A stretch of DNA of 62,262 bases, counting the filler, from Sphacelaria rigidula (Eukaryota): assembly GCA_964200075.2 (NCBI GenBank). It is 4 parts of 4 records of this genome, joined end to end, with 100 filler letters (N's around TTAATTAATTAA, not from the genome) between each part and the next. Parts side by side here need not be neighbours in the genome. Positions count along the whole stretch, not along the records: positions 31,190 to 46,681 come from CAXNAA020001726.1; positions 46,782 to 62,262 come from CAXNAA020001727.1; 2 more parts are not named here. One strand, 5' to 3'. The position numbers and the translations under genes are program-made. Below, piece after piece: positions 36,324 to 48,846 of this stretch (positions are counted from its first letter, which is position 1; every line of letters starts with the position of its first letter). The notes below the pieces were generated by a model. It was not told the origin of the DNA. It searched no databases and saw only the letters and a program-made list of their open reading frames with translations.

Positions 36324-39300
36324 CGCAGCACTCGGCTTTGAAGGTGCGCAAGCACATACCGCCTGGTTGGTGAATCGGCCAGCGGAACGAGCCTAAGACA
36401 TGCTGACGATGAGCCATGCACTTTGTCGTGACATGTGGATACTGAAAATTCCGTTGAATATATACAAACATAAATATAAATCGAGGAAAATCGGAGCCCG
36501 AAATTTGTGTCAAGATAAATACAGCATTCGGGGAATACGGCCACCCGATGGTGATAGTAGACCATGTTATGTGTACAATATCTGGCAACGGTCGGACGAA
36601 TGAATGAGTCGTCTGAAAATTACTTGTTTGAGTGTTGTTAATTTGTACTGTACGAATCAATCCCTAGGCTTTGTCTTCAGCGTTGCAACCCAGGTACACG
36701 CACGGGGAATGACGGAACAAATGCGTGAAGACTTTTTTGACCAGCGATCGACTTTTTTTCTCTCTTTCGAGTGAATCAGGCCTGAGAGATGGTGTATTTG
36801 GTGATTCGAACCGGCGATGATATGATTCGTCCGAAGTGTGATATCTTGGTGGTACGTTCAAGCGATATATATATACCTACATAGGCGTGTATACTGAATG
36901 ACTTGCTTGACGTTGATCGATTGCTTAGTTGTCACACAGTAACTGATCCTTTGTTCCCCAGGAATCTATCCGTCGTGACAACACAGGCGCCCTCAAGGTA
37001 AACGATGCGGAGGCACTTGATCAGGGTAACGCAAGAAAGAGGAAACATGAAAAGAAGGACTGCTCACAAACAAACGAACGAAGTAATATGGACAAAAACG
37101 ACAGACAAAACAAACAGCAACGCTCATGCAGTAGAACAACGGAAACGTCGACAGAAATCGGAAAAGGATACAAACGAGAGCACCAAAGACCCGTCCTGAC
37201 GACACTGATCGATCCCGGCGAAATTGATCGGTCCCGACAATCTTGAGAGCAGTGCATATCAACATCAGCACACGACTAAACAACTGCCGCGGGACGCCAA
37301 CGCCTGGATCGTGCAGGTTTGACAGCAGGAATGCAGGAAATAAAACGCTGCTTGACTAAAGCTTTCCAAACAGTTTTTGCGGACGCAATGGAAATAGACA
37401 TCTTCGCTCCTCACCTAGTTAAATATCCCCGGACACACCGCTGCAACCTGCCACACGCCATCTGCGCCCTCAGGATACGGTTGTGGCGACACTTTCCTAA
37501 GAATCGTCGAACTCCACGCTGAATCACATTTGCCGATCTTTTCACATGGCGGCGAGCACGCACGCGGTCGTAGGCCAGTCCCGAGTGGGAACCGAAAAAA
37601 ACGAAAGAAAAAAAGGACCCGGAAACGACGGAACGGGATGAGCACGTTGTTGATCATGAGCCAGAACCGAAGGTCCGTTGACAGGTTTTCCTTGCCGCGT
37701 TTGATCCAACCGAACCACTTTTCCCCGGAGGAAGAATGTTCCGTACTGAGGCATCTCCTTTCACGGGAGCTGCGACATCACGTGACGTTTGACGCGAGTT
37801 CACGCGAGGTTTTCGTCGGAGCATCAAGTCGGACGCATTCCGAACATGTGTTTTCCCTAACCCGAACCCAATCCGTCGGGTAGGGGATAGGCACGTGGTG
37901 TCCTGGGAAACGTGTGCGTTGGCGGAGCTGAAATCGGCGCCATTTCCGGCTCCGGGCAGAGCAGAAAACGTGCGTGCTGCGTGCGATAGGGGAGCTTTGG
38001 ACCGTCAGTCCCTTGAATATCCGAATTTTATTGTCCTACACTAAAGTCAAGAGTTTTTCAATAGTGACGACCTTACGGCGAACATGCGTACACCATACTG
38101 TGTGTTTTTGTGCTTTCATGCTTTTTGGGGCCCTTGGCTTTCAGGTGAAAGGATTAATCACAATCTGTGTCGACTAATGCTTTCCCCTGCCTGATACTGT
38201 CCATTTTCTCTTCAGGGGAGCTTCAAGGTTTGTAGCGTTTTTCGGTTTTCTTGAGCTTTTTACGGCCAAGAGAACCCCATTCGGTGTTCCCCCCTCCCGC
38301 GATATTATTTTGCGTTCTGTTTCCTCCTCGAGATCTCTGCCGTACACCCCTTGGTTGTCTTGGACTCCTCCCCATTGTCACGGGTCAGATTCTACTTTGT
38401 TTACTGTCCCGCCTTGCAGATCATCTCCAGTTTTAAGTGCCTGTATTCCTCTCGATTTAGATCTGAATTGTGGTCAGAGCATAGCAAAAATTGGTGAATT
38501 TGAAAAATATTTTGTTGTCCAGCCCCACGTTGATTGGCAAACGAGCTGTACATAACGCGTGGCGGATAGTTTGGAGTCCTGAAGTGGAATGTTGTCAAAT
38601 TAAGCATTGTCTTCGCTCTGTTAGTGCAGAAATTATCTCGAGGAGAGCTATGAAGTAAAAGCACGTTCGTTTCTTTCTCCCCGTCTTTGGGCCATTTGAG
38701 ATACTCCCGGTGTTTTTTTCTCTTACCCTCAGATCGGACTGCTTTTTTCCGATGGTATATACTGAGTCTTTGCGGATTGCATGCCACGAACTATGGACAG
38801 GGCGTGGTTACTTCAGGTGGGTACTGAATCTTGCTTCGGTCCCCCCTCCCCCCCCCGCCCTCTCTGTGTCACGAGTAGGAGGGGTGCTCCATCTCGAAAG
38901 AGATGCGTGGTCAATGATCAAGCGGCTAACGCAAGCAACAAATGAGCACGACCCCCCCTCCCTCCCCGCCTCCCCAGGAACATGCGTATTATACCTGTGT
39001 TCGAGCCGCATGTGGCTTGCTATCGTTTGGGCGAAATGCATCCTCCAACCTGATTGAATCGCCGTTGCTGCCTGAACCAACGTGGGTAAGAATCGACAAG
39101 CATGACCGAATGAGGTATCCATGAAACGGGGTTCAACCTAGCGTATTGATGGGGGAGGTGTATCGCACTTCTTCTACCGTGGAGTACCTAGAGATTCATG
39201 GAGGTCGCGTATGCACACGAAGAAACGTTGCCTATAACGAGCCCGTACAGGCGGGGGACGCATAGGGAACACGTATGAGGTTTTGCATCTCTATATGTTG

Positions 39301-40152
39301 CTGCACCGTACCATGCAGCAAACAAACACTTAGATTGGGGACTGGCGATAGGGCAAGTGTTGGAGCTTGCGAAGTTAATGCCACAGCAGCCACGTCAAGA
39401 TATGGCCGAACCTTGTGCGTAAGCTTTTGATGATCCAGTTCCTCTTGCTCCTCCTCAAACGCATCCCTTCGAGTACGGGTAAGAGGACGGACGGTAAGGG
39501 CTAAGCTTAGAGCTAGGTTCAGATTTAACGACAGGGCAAAGTGAAGGGTACCGTGGAGTGCGGAGGTACTGTAGCATGCCCCCCCACCCCCCACCCCCTT
39601 TCGGTGATAGATATATTCATTTTCCCTCCTCTCGTAGGCTGCCGTAGACGTAACGCAGATGCTTGTCGCATCGAGGGGACACTAGGAATATTTGCCTACG
39701 CACGAGGCCTTACGGGCATGCAGGATCCTTCCCGTTGACAACCTCAAGGTGGGAACATGATCAAATATTGTCCTAGGAGCGGCACTTTCTACGATACCCC
39801 CCCCCAAAAAGTGCCTGGTCTGGGGAGGCAAATCTTGACGTAAATCGAAATGAAAAAAGCCGAGCACAACGAGCAGCTGGGAATTCCCACTCTTGGGTTC
39901 GTTCTCGCCAATGTCACCCATATGAGGCGCTTCATGCAGCCTGAACCCGAACATCAGGCGCTGTATGACCATTGTTTCGTGACACTTTCGGGCTGGTTCT
40001 GACGGGGGGGTTACTGTATCGTAGAAAGTGTCGAGCGCAACGTCCTTTTGAAACGTTTCTCTAGATACAAGGTTTTATTTGACGTCGTTCCGACGTGCTG
40101 CATAAGTGCCTAAAAAAACTATGAAGATAGATGGATACTGTAGGTAGGTAGG

Positions 40153-40195
<43 letters not shown>

Positions 40196-43100
40196 ATAGA
40201 TAAATAGATAGATAGATGGATTAGTGCATACATACATACATACATACATACATACATACATACATACATACATACATACATACATACATACATACATACA
40301 CATACACAGAGGGAGAGAGAAAGAGAGAGAGAAAGGAAGGGAGAGAGAGTGTCGCATTGGGTGCGGACGATAGTATCATTACCATTATTTGATTATTTTC
40401 GCACATTAATCCGATCTTGCGGGCCCGTGGTCACAGTAAGTAATAGTATTCTGTGGATTGGCCTTCAGAACGTGGCGCTCAAGGTGCCTTACCTATGAAA
40501 CTTACTCCTTCAACCAGTACGTTTAATATTTCAAAGTTGAATACTCCGGAGTAGTATTTTACCAAGTGTCCATCAACAGCCACACGTTGTGTTTGATACG
40601 CGATTTAGGTGTAGTTATTCTCCAACCAACAACCGAAAAGCAATGGCAGGGGGTCCTACCGTCGAGAGACACTTCGACACGTGCGACAAATCTGTTCACA
40701 AGTTGCTGTTATGTTGCTGCCCTCTCGGAACAGAACGCTCTGCCACCGCAGACCAAGTGTACCGATATTCGTCTTCAGTAAAACATAAGGTCGCTCTGGT
40801 CTACCCGTGGAATCAATTCACAACGCGAAAGTCACGAACCAGTACTTACCTGTAGTCCGCAAGACCCACAAGGCTATCCCCTTTCACAGCCGCCACCTTG
40901 CGACGGTAGGTCACTTTTGCGCCAGATCTCAACTGTTCCACACGTGCCGCCTATCCACAGGTCAGGCAGGCAATGGTTGTCTAGTCATTGCAACGGAAGA
41001 CACGAGTAGATTCTTCCTACTATACACGCCATGCCATGCCACGCGCTGTCGGTTGTGCGTACCGCTAGTGTAAATAGCAGTGGATACAGCTGCACTATGC
41101 CAAGCGAACGGGATCACCTTATTTGTCACTGAAGTGCCACCATCGCTAATCGTAATACTATTTATGCGCTCCAGCACATCGCGACAGGGATGGGCGGTAG
41201 TACTGAGATATCATCCATGGTGGTGTTCTATGGTAAAAGTGGAGAAGTAGCATGTTCAGGATTTGTGTGGGAATATAGTGTGTCCCAAGTTTTGTGTCCA
41301 GAAATGTTTGTGAAAAATGAGACACAACCCCCCGCCTTCCCTCCCCCTTCCGTCGCGAGTGCCACTCACCCAGTACAGAACAGCGGGTTATTGTTTGGTA
41401 AATGTGCCAGTAATGTCGCACACGGTACATGGCCTCAATGATGCGTATAATAATCGCTAGTGTCTTCCTCTACACACCTTTCAGATCGGCGCCCACCGCA
41501 CTTTAAACTAGAATTTCTACCGTCAGGAGAATACATCGATATTCTGGGCATTGGTGTGTCGGCCGTCATTTCAACAGAGATATCTAAGAATACTAGGGCT
41601 TCGCTGCTCTCTACTGAAAGCCATTCCAGGATACAACATGTATGCCAACGGTAAAGAAAGCCATGTTCTTTTTATTGCGATAATTGCAGTGCGCTCTGAG
41701 CGGCATGCGTTGCCCAGCATGTATCAGGAATATATGCAGTCGACTAGACCGTTCCGTGCCGTCAACCGTGCATTCCTGTTCCGTAGGCGGTGAATGGTAG
41801 CTCACCGATGCCCTACAGGGCGCGGTGGCGCTAGTCTCCCCAGTGTCCACGTTGTAGTAGTAGACCTCCTGCTTCCCGTCGTCCCAGGCCTGTGGTGGCA
41901 AGAAAACATGGTCAGATATCATCTAGGGTATGCCCGATAAAACCTGGGATTTTCCCACCACCTAATGTCATTTCTCAGATTCGGTCTTCGCAAGAGGCAA
42001 GACCCTGCACTGTCGACTGAGTGGGTCTGCTGTCATCTCCCGGACGAGGCTTTGCTAACAACGAAACTTATCGGCGCAATGAAGGTCGTTGTTTGCGAGA
42101 AAAAAATAAATCAGGAACAAAACGTGTCGGGGGTTGCCACAATCTCCGTTGTTGTGCCAGACCACACCCCTTGATATAGCACGGTGCGAACTTTCACGAA
42201 TAAGGTGTTGGAGTTTCCCACACCACCCCGCATCGTTGTTGCACTGGGCAAAATAGCAAACGGGAGCGTGAATGAAATCAACTAGGGATCCTCATAGGCG
42301 TCTTGTTGAGTTAGTTTTCTCACACAGCGCTTCCTTCGCTGCGGTTGCATCAGCCGCGCGGAAGAACGAAACAGACGGCGGAAGGCGCCACCTTTTTCAG
42401 TCAATCACTTCATCGTGCGTGTTGCCGGTCTTGACCGTCTCCTTGCGTGCATGCACAAAGACACCTGTGAACCAACGCGTGTCTCGTGTAAAAATGAACA
42501 CCCTCACCACATCATCTGTTATGATTGCACCCATTCCCACTATCGTTTTTGGTGTCTGGGACGCTCAAATCCGAATCCTTGCGTCATCCTCCCCCTGCAA
42601 GGTCAATGGTCCTATGATTACGACATACAACATCATGCGTACAACCCCGCCCGCTCGCGAAGTGCTCCGTCCCGGCTTTGTAGGGATGCGAGGTCAATGG
42701 TCTTACGACTACGGAATGCAGAACCATGACTACACTCTCCCCTTTGAGAAGGCAAGCTTTCACGGTCGCGTATGTATGACGTGATGATCGCACCCCCCTC
42801 ATTCTTATCCCGTGGGATATTCCATGGTTGATGTGAGCTTGCATTTGCATCCGATGTTATGATCCCGGTGCTTACGGTGTACGTCTGATACAGTCAGAAT
42901 CGGCGGTACATCAGCAAGCGTGGTTTATTCATGCTGTGAAAGGCTTCGATTTTGGCCCACACACACAGCATCTTGTAAAGTATGAGGTATGCGATTCGTT
43001 TCAGAAGTAAAAATCGGCCGGTGCCGACGTATGATACAATCCAAGCATACAAGCGATGGAGGAGCCCATGTGTTCAGTTGACGCAATATCGAAACGTCGA

Positions 43101-45790
43101 GATGTGTGTATTGGATGTCAACAAACATTTCTGAAATTTACCGTTTCGTGCCCACCTTATCCCAGCCTTTCCTCTTCTCTTCAATCTCTCTGTCCCAGGC
43201 CTCTAATGGCGCCGCGTGGCTGTCGCCATGCTGCAATAGTGCGGGGTTTTGTTGTGCTTTGCTTGTGCTGCCGAGGTGACTGGGCGTGAAGCATTCGGAC
43301 AGGAATTTCGCCACCTTCATCGTGATTCACAGCAAGACGGCCCAGACAGTTGCGGAATTCATGCAGACAAAAGGCGCGGGTGCGTGGGGGCTGCTATCGC
43401 TAAGCACAACTCGCCTGCACTCTTGATTGGCCAACATGGTTCTGAAACCTGCAAGACATGGATGCACACGTGCCCACATGATGCACAGCGGCACAGCGTG
43501 GTGCCATTAGCATTCCGCGACGCACTACCTGTGCAGCAACGGTGGTTTGCTGCACAGCAGTATGTACACGACTTACAAAAGCGACCAACCGCTTTACACA
43601 TGACACGTACAAATGAAGGCAGAGGAATATTTTGTTGATGAACGCATGTGCAAGTCGTAGTCATCATCGGTACAACGCGGGTAGCTGTCACAGAGGGACG
43701 TTTGATATCGATACCTGCCGTTGATCAGTGAGAGGACTGCGTGCAGCTCTGATCCCAGCCTTCGTGCCCGACCCTCTCCCACTCACCCACCCACCCGTTG
43801 GACAAACAAGTAACGACCTGGGCTACCCGGGCTGGAAATGCAATGCTTTGGTGCCCGCCTCGTACTATATCACACGTTGGGGCAGGGCACCCTCTCACTG
43901 GTGAACGCCGGAACTGATGGAAGTACATACACTCTACACTCGAGCATTCTTTTCGCCTTCGCAGGCGACTCTTCCGCTCTAACTAAGTGAGTCGCCGAAG
44001 TCGGAGAAGAACAAGCAGTGTTGATCCAGGAATTTCATCACTGACCACACCGATAGGTGACTTTCGGAATCCATCTTATGGGCCGCGGAGTGCATAACCT
44101 TCGTAACTCTGATCCGCAAATATTCGGGAATTAATCCATTTCGTTTCCTTGCGAATATAACGAGAAAGCCATAACCGTACCTGGGTGTGATTGTTCATCC
44201 GAGCCTCGCCAAACGGGGTGTAAGCATTCCAGTTCCTTTGTCCAATGTGTACGTCGTACAATACCAGGGCTTGGACCATCTGAAATCTCAGCAAGTGAGT
44301 GTTGGAAAACACGCAACAAACGGAGTTTCTGTAGCAGCCGTGCGGGCGAGAAACCGTCTTTATTCGTGTGTACGATGTCTTCTTTCTGCCAGCGCTTGTT
44401 TGCCGCATATTTTGTGTAGTCGCAGCGCACGTGCACGGGCGTGCGAGGGGTGTCTTCAAATACACGTTTGTGTGCGAAATCGCAGCAGTCGTGCGCCTTT
44501 GTGTGGTGTCACCGCAGGCGTAGATCATGATATGACGAGACATGGAGCTTCGGGGCATGGGTGAAACCTAGCCAATGACATGGTGCGAGCTTGGGGAAAA
44601 TATATATCTTCTTTGTTTTAATAGTCGTCGCCGCCCGTGAAGTAGAAATGTGCAGGTACGAGCGGGTGGAGCGGATCGAACCATATACGTATACTCTCGA
44701 AAGTCTGCAGGCAGCAGAAGGAGGGCGTAAAAACCATGCGTCTATTTGGTGGACGTAAAAGTGAGCTATGAATCAGAGGTACATTTGCTAGCCGTTGATG
44801 GAGCCACGCTAGATCTTCTCACGGCAGAATAGGTTTCGCGAATGTGCCTTACAAACATGATTGAAATATATGACACCATTCCGGTCGAAGCCACAGGAAT
44901 TCCGGCTATATCCAAAAGGGTAGAAAATAACATTCTAGCAAGATACGTGAAAACGGATGCATAGATAACACCATGAGGCTTGATGCTAGCCTCGCGCAAT
45001 ATTGCAACCTGCTCGATTGCTATCTCACCTCAAGATTGCCATTTCTGGACGCGATGTGAGCAGCATTATCACCATGCCGATCCTGTATGTTCGGATCAGC
45101 TCCACCTTCGAGCAACACCTGTAACGCCTCAAGCTATGATTATCGGCGATCCGTCGCACACCACAAGAAGAAACATAGGCGCCGTTCGGGAGAAGAACCG
45201 TCGTTCAAAAGGGCTTGTCAATCGGCGGGTATACCGTAAGTCTGACAAGATACGGCATCGTATGCATAGTAAATCCACCGTTGAAGTCAGAAGCCCCGCA
45301 GTAATCTATTGCGAGGCGCGGGGAGGAACAGTGCAGCACGGGGCCCGAAGTACTAGTTGTGTGTTTCACAGATGAAAACGAACGGCACACGGCGCGCTCT
45401 TCGGTCAAGGGGGTAGCCTCCTCTTCGCTTGACACTGACGGAGCAATCAACACAGCCCAAGAGTAGAAGCGGAACAGATCCGGCCTGCAGTGTGGAAAAG
45501 GTCTCCAAGTATTCAGCACCTAAACCTTCGGCCTTGAAAAGGTACAACCTACGTATCACTTGAGTCCAAGCGGCGGCCGCCGCATAGCTTTTCCTGAAAT
45601 ACTCCATTAGAAAGCAATGCACGCAATAAGAGACCAGATAATTCGCTTTTTCATCCGAGAAGTAACGCTGTTCTGACATTGGGGTGGGAGCGATGCCTGT
45701 CGGTGACGGGTTCGCTCCGACCTAGGCTGAGAGGAATGTACCATAGTGCACTGCATGTAGTGGATGTGAGCCGTATTGGTCACACGCTGT
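36324..45790 (-). CDS. Ankyrin-repeat + WW + IQ-motif protein, partial
   Basis: In-phase exons: 45742-45790 (tentative), 45029-45118 (VLLEGGADPNIQDRHGDNAAHIASRNGNLE), 44181-44279 (MVQALVLYDVHIGQRNWNAYTPFGEARMNNHTQ), 43156-43314 (VAKFL...KGWDK), 41806-41889 (AWDDGKQEVYYYNVDTGETSATAP), 40850-40950, 39412-39466, 38995-39071 (AATAIQSGWRMHF), 37415-37537 (SANVIQRGVRRFLGK...ACGRLQRCVRGYLTR), 36324-36362. A possible terminal exon lies at about 36150-36235. 5' end not found. Confidence 0.88.
38884..38975 (+). mobile_element. C-tailed structured short element (subfamily A) in an intron of the ANK-WW-IQ gene
   Basis: GTGCTCCATCTCGAAAGAGATGCGTGGTCAATGATCAAGCGGCTAACGCAAGCAACAAATGAGCAC; similar C-rich tracts at 38841-38860 and 38952-38975. 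Confidence 0.85.
39781..40032. mobile_element. MITE with 17-bp TIRs and apparent 4-bp GAGC duplication
   Basis: GAGC-GGCACTTTCTACGATAC ... GTATCGTAGAAAGTGTC-GAGC; C and G runs just inside the TIRs. Confidence 0.7.
40140..40350. repeat. Compound microsatellite (TAGG)(TAGA)n(TACA)n(GA)n
   Basis: Directly visible. Confidence 0.95.
42596..42742 (+). mobile_element. Two tandem 5'-truncated copies of the C-tailed element (subfamily B)
   Basis: 42596-42654 and 42662-42742, each preceded and followed by C-rich runs. Confidence 0.75.
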
Positions 45791-46681
45791 CTGGATGCGT
45801 ACAACAACACTTTCGCCAAATTAAGAGTATACATTTTGATTGGGAGTGATGGTTTTCTCCGCTTGGACATTGACATCATTTTTCACTTTAAACGTTGCAG
45901 CGCGACCCTGATTTGCAACCCTGGTGCATGAAGGGGTCATCATTCTGAAGGGGTAGTCGTTCGTTGGGTGTATGAATCGGACGCAAATCGCGACGGGTCA
46001 ATACCCTACACTCGCATTCAGCATACTACGTCGAAGAGCACTCTTGGAAGTCATGGCGCTATGCACAACAGGTGATCACAATCTGCTCATCGTACAGCGG
46101 CGCATTAATGAAAGGAATGTTTGGGTGGTTCGTATGTTCATTCGCCTTCTTTTTATTGATAGTTCAACAACACGAACCGTTCCCTACTCTTAGTTGTCAG
46201 TGTTTTATTCAGTATTAGAGACATATAAAAACAACGAGTTCCTCACACGAGCTCACTTTGAAGAAGAGGCTACACCCTCAACCTCGATAAAATGATGTAA
46301 GTACGTTTTGAGCATACATCTCATTATCCGGTGTAAGGCGTCTACCGTGCGAGAGATGGGTTGATCACTAGACAACACCAACTCGTCCGGGAAGGGGAAT
46401 GAGTACAACTGCAAACGGTTAGAATATCCCGCACGTTGGCCGTTCGATAGCTCCACGCTCCAAATAATCAGTGGCGGAATGAGTATTTACGAAAGTCGAC
46501 CTTAGAGCGGTGAACCTATCAGCATCAGACCCTAGTATATATTGCGGCGTTTGGGGGATGAGCTGACACTCTGCACCAGCTACGTTTTCGCAACTGTTGT
46601 TGATACTTGAGAGTCATGTTGGCAAATAGCCCCCCCCCCCTCTATATACGAGATGAAGACGCTGAACGATAGAGTACCAAA

Positions 46682-46781
46682 NNNNNNNNNNNNNNNNNNN
46701 NNNNNNNNNNNNNNNNNNNNNNNNNTTAATTAATTAANNNNNNNNNNNNNNNNNNNNNNNNNNNNNNNNNNNNNNNNNNNN
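46682..46781. other. Artificial assembly spacer (N44-TTAATTAATTAA-N44)
   Basis: Same 100-bp linker. Confidence 0.97.
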
Positions 46782-46942
46782 CTCAATCACCAAGCCCGAA
46801 GCGTCGTGATGTGTTCGGCGAGTCGCATAAAGGGTGAGCTGCATCCTGCTGAGATTACTCCGCCCGAAGCTCACTGATAATCTTGCATTTGGATGACAGC
46901 CCCCGATTATTATTTTTTTCTGGGGGGGGGGAGGGGGGGGGG
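46782..46942 (-). mobile_element. C-tract-associated element, 5' part, cut by scaffold start
   Basis: The reverse complement aligns with 61920-62035; G-run 46922-46942 marks the 5' junction. Confidence 0.78.
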
Positions 46943-47142
46943 AGTTATCGATTGGACTAAACGTTGCCATACACAGTTCTTTCCCTTGAACCACCCCTTT
47001 CCCATTCCCACGTTCCGTGCCTTTGTCAGCGCATCCACTCCTTCAGCACTTTCCTGTCAGGCCTGTGTTGCCGATTCGCACAAAAACATGTCGTCAGTGC
47101 TGTTTTTTCGCGATTTTGACCCCCCCCCCCCCCTCCCCCCCC

Positions 47143-47325
47143 ACCTCCTCGGAAATGAGTCCGTAGTCTCAAGATATCAGCGGATCTTTGACCACGTACT
47201 ATGGATCCCTGACATTTTGGTTGTAACGTGGATTGATTTGATCAGAGCCTCCGCACCACATCTATTCGCTAAATTTTCTCTACTACTCGTGCCCTCACGG
47301 TTCTTCACGAAGGGAACCAAATGCT
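47143..47325 (-). mobile_element. tRNA-SINE family 1 body, headless
   Basis: ATGAGTCCGT.GTCTC...ACATTTTGG...CCGCACC...CTCACG blocks are shared with 57640-57800 and 60075-60250. Confidence 0.6.
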
Positions 47326-48846
47326 AGTCAAACAAATGAGATACTGTGTACGTATACTGTCACATAAAAGGGGGGAAATTCCCACCAGTGTCTGTCGAGG
47401 ACAATCACCTGTTCGCATTGGCAACACCATTCGATTGCTCTGTGCGCTTCATAAAGAGAAGGTCCCGGGTTGGAATCCCGGCTCCCCTGCTTGCCCCTCG
47501 CTGCTTTTTTGCTCCTTCTCCAGCATCGTTCCCTCTTTATAGTCGAGATCCTTGCACAATGATTTCCTTACTCTGCTCATTGACATCATCCCTCACTTTT
47601 ACCCTGGGTCAGCCTCTTCGATGTTCTTCACGTCATGGTGCAGATATAGCAAGGAATTCTAGAGAAAAGTTGGCGAAACTCAAGGACGGCACGAGAATCA
47701 ATCAATCATTCATTTGGTTTTAATTGTCGAGATATAGATGCAAATTACAAGTGACGAGGTAAAACGATGAATCAGCTGTAGGAGACGGCAGCAAGCGCAA
47801 GGAGATCCATTGTGATGGTGAAAAGACAAGGGAACGACGAAAACACGCGTGGAGTGCGACACACCCGAAATAAGGAATACAATAATTGAGGCAAGAACAT
47901 AAATTCATGGTCTATAAAAACACACGAGTAACAGCATATTCCATCAAGACCAGATCGTAACCTTTTATTTAGATTCTGGACCATTTTGTTTACTCGGTTG
48001 GCCTGAACGCCGGACTGCGCAGCTCGAGGCCCTCACTCGTGGAAATATCATGCCGTGTTTAGTTCGGAGATCCGGACAACATCTCGCGAAGTTACAGCCT
48101 TCTATTTCAAATCGACCAATTGAAAAAGTCGGAGCCATTATTTGTACATGGCCGCTACGAAGTGAACATTTTGATGACACTCTGTGCTTGGTCGGATGCT
48201 GTCGGATCGAAAAATCGAACACTCGAACACATATTGTTTCCACGGTTAGGGGGCTTCAACCCTTGTTCAGGGTGCGTTGACTGAATGTTGTTGTCCGTCG
48301 TTTATGTCGGAAGTGCAGGAAAGAAAATTAGGATATATGATCCCGAATCTGAAGAAAAAAAACGAACGTGACGAGTTGATTCACACGAATATGCTGTTGA
48401 ATACACAAAAATCGTGAGTACCAAATGTCAAGTAACCCATTTCCCGAAGTAACTGGCAAACACGCAAAGCATCAAGGTCCCAGGCGTGATTGGTTTACGG
48501 TACGTACGGCACGGCACGGGTAGTCTACAGTACGATGCGCTACGGTACGCTACGGTACGCTACGGTACCAGGGATTCGCGGTACAGATATCTCACGGTGG
48601 TGGGTTGATGATGTTGCGATACCGTGTTCACGGATTTTGAAAACATTTCGATGCTTGTCAAGATTCCCGGGGCTTATCGTAAATATATATATATATATAT
48701 ATATATCCGCAATCTGTGGAGCTCCGTGTTTACAACACTTGAGACCTCACCGGGGCGGAATTTGGACGTGTTGGGTAATGATCGCTATGGCCTCTTGCTT
48801 GCTGCCGTCCTGCCTGCACATGCTCACAACGGACACGTCGCCTTCG

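Noticed and set aside
37581-37583. Apparent mutated acceptor (CGG after a pyrimidine tract) suggesting a pseudogene
   Set aside because: The AAG at 37538-37540 gives the right phase and the regular 26-aa IQ spacing.
43775-43817. Candidate exon VVTCLSNGWVGEWER completing the WW domain
   Set aside because: Exon 43156-43314 fits both the ankyrin end (VAKFL) and the WW start (GWDK) better.
47420-47490. tRNA gene (GGTCCCGGGTTGGAATCCCGG)
   Set aside because: Only a T-arm-like hairpin; no acceptor, D or anticodon stems. At most a decayed SINE head.
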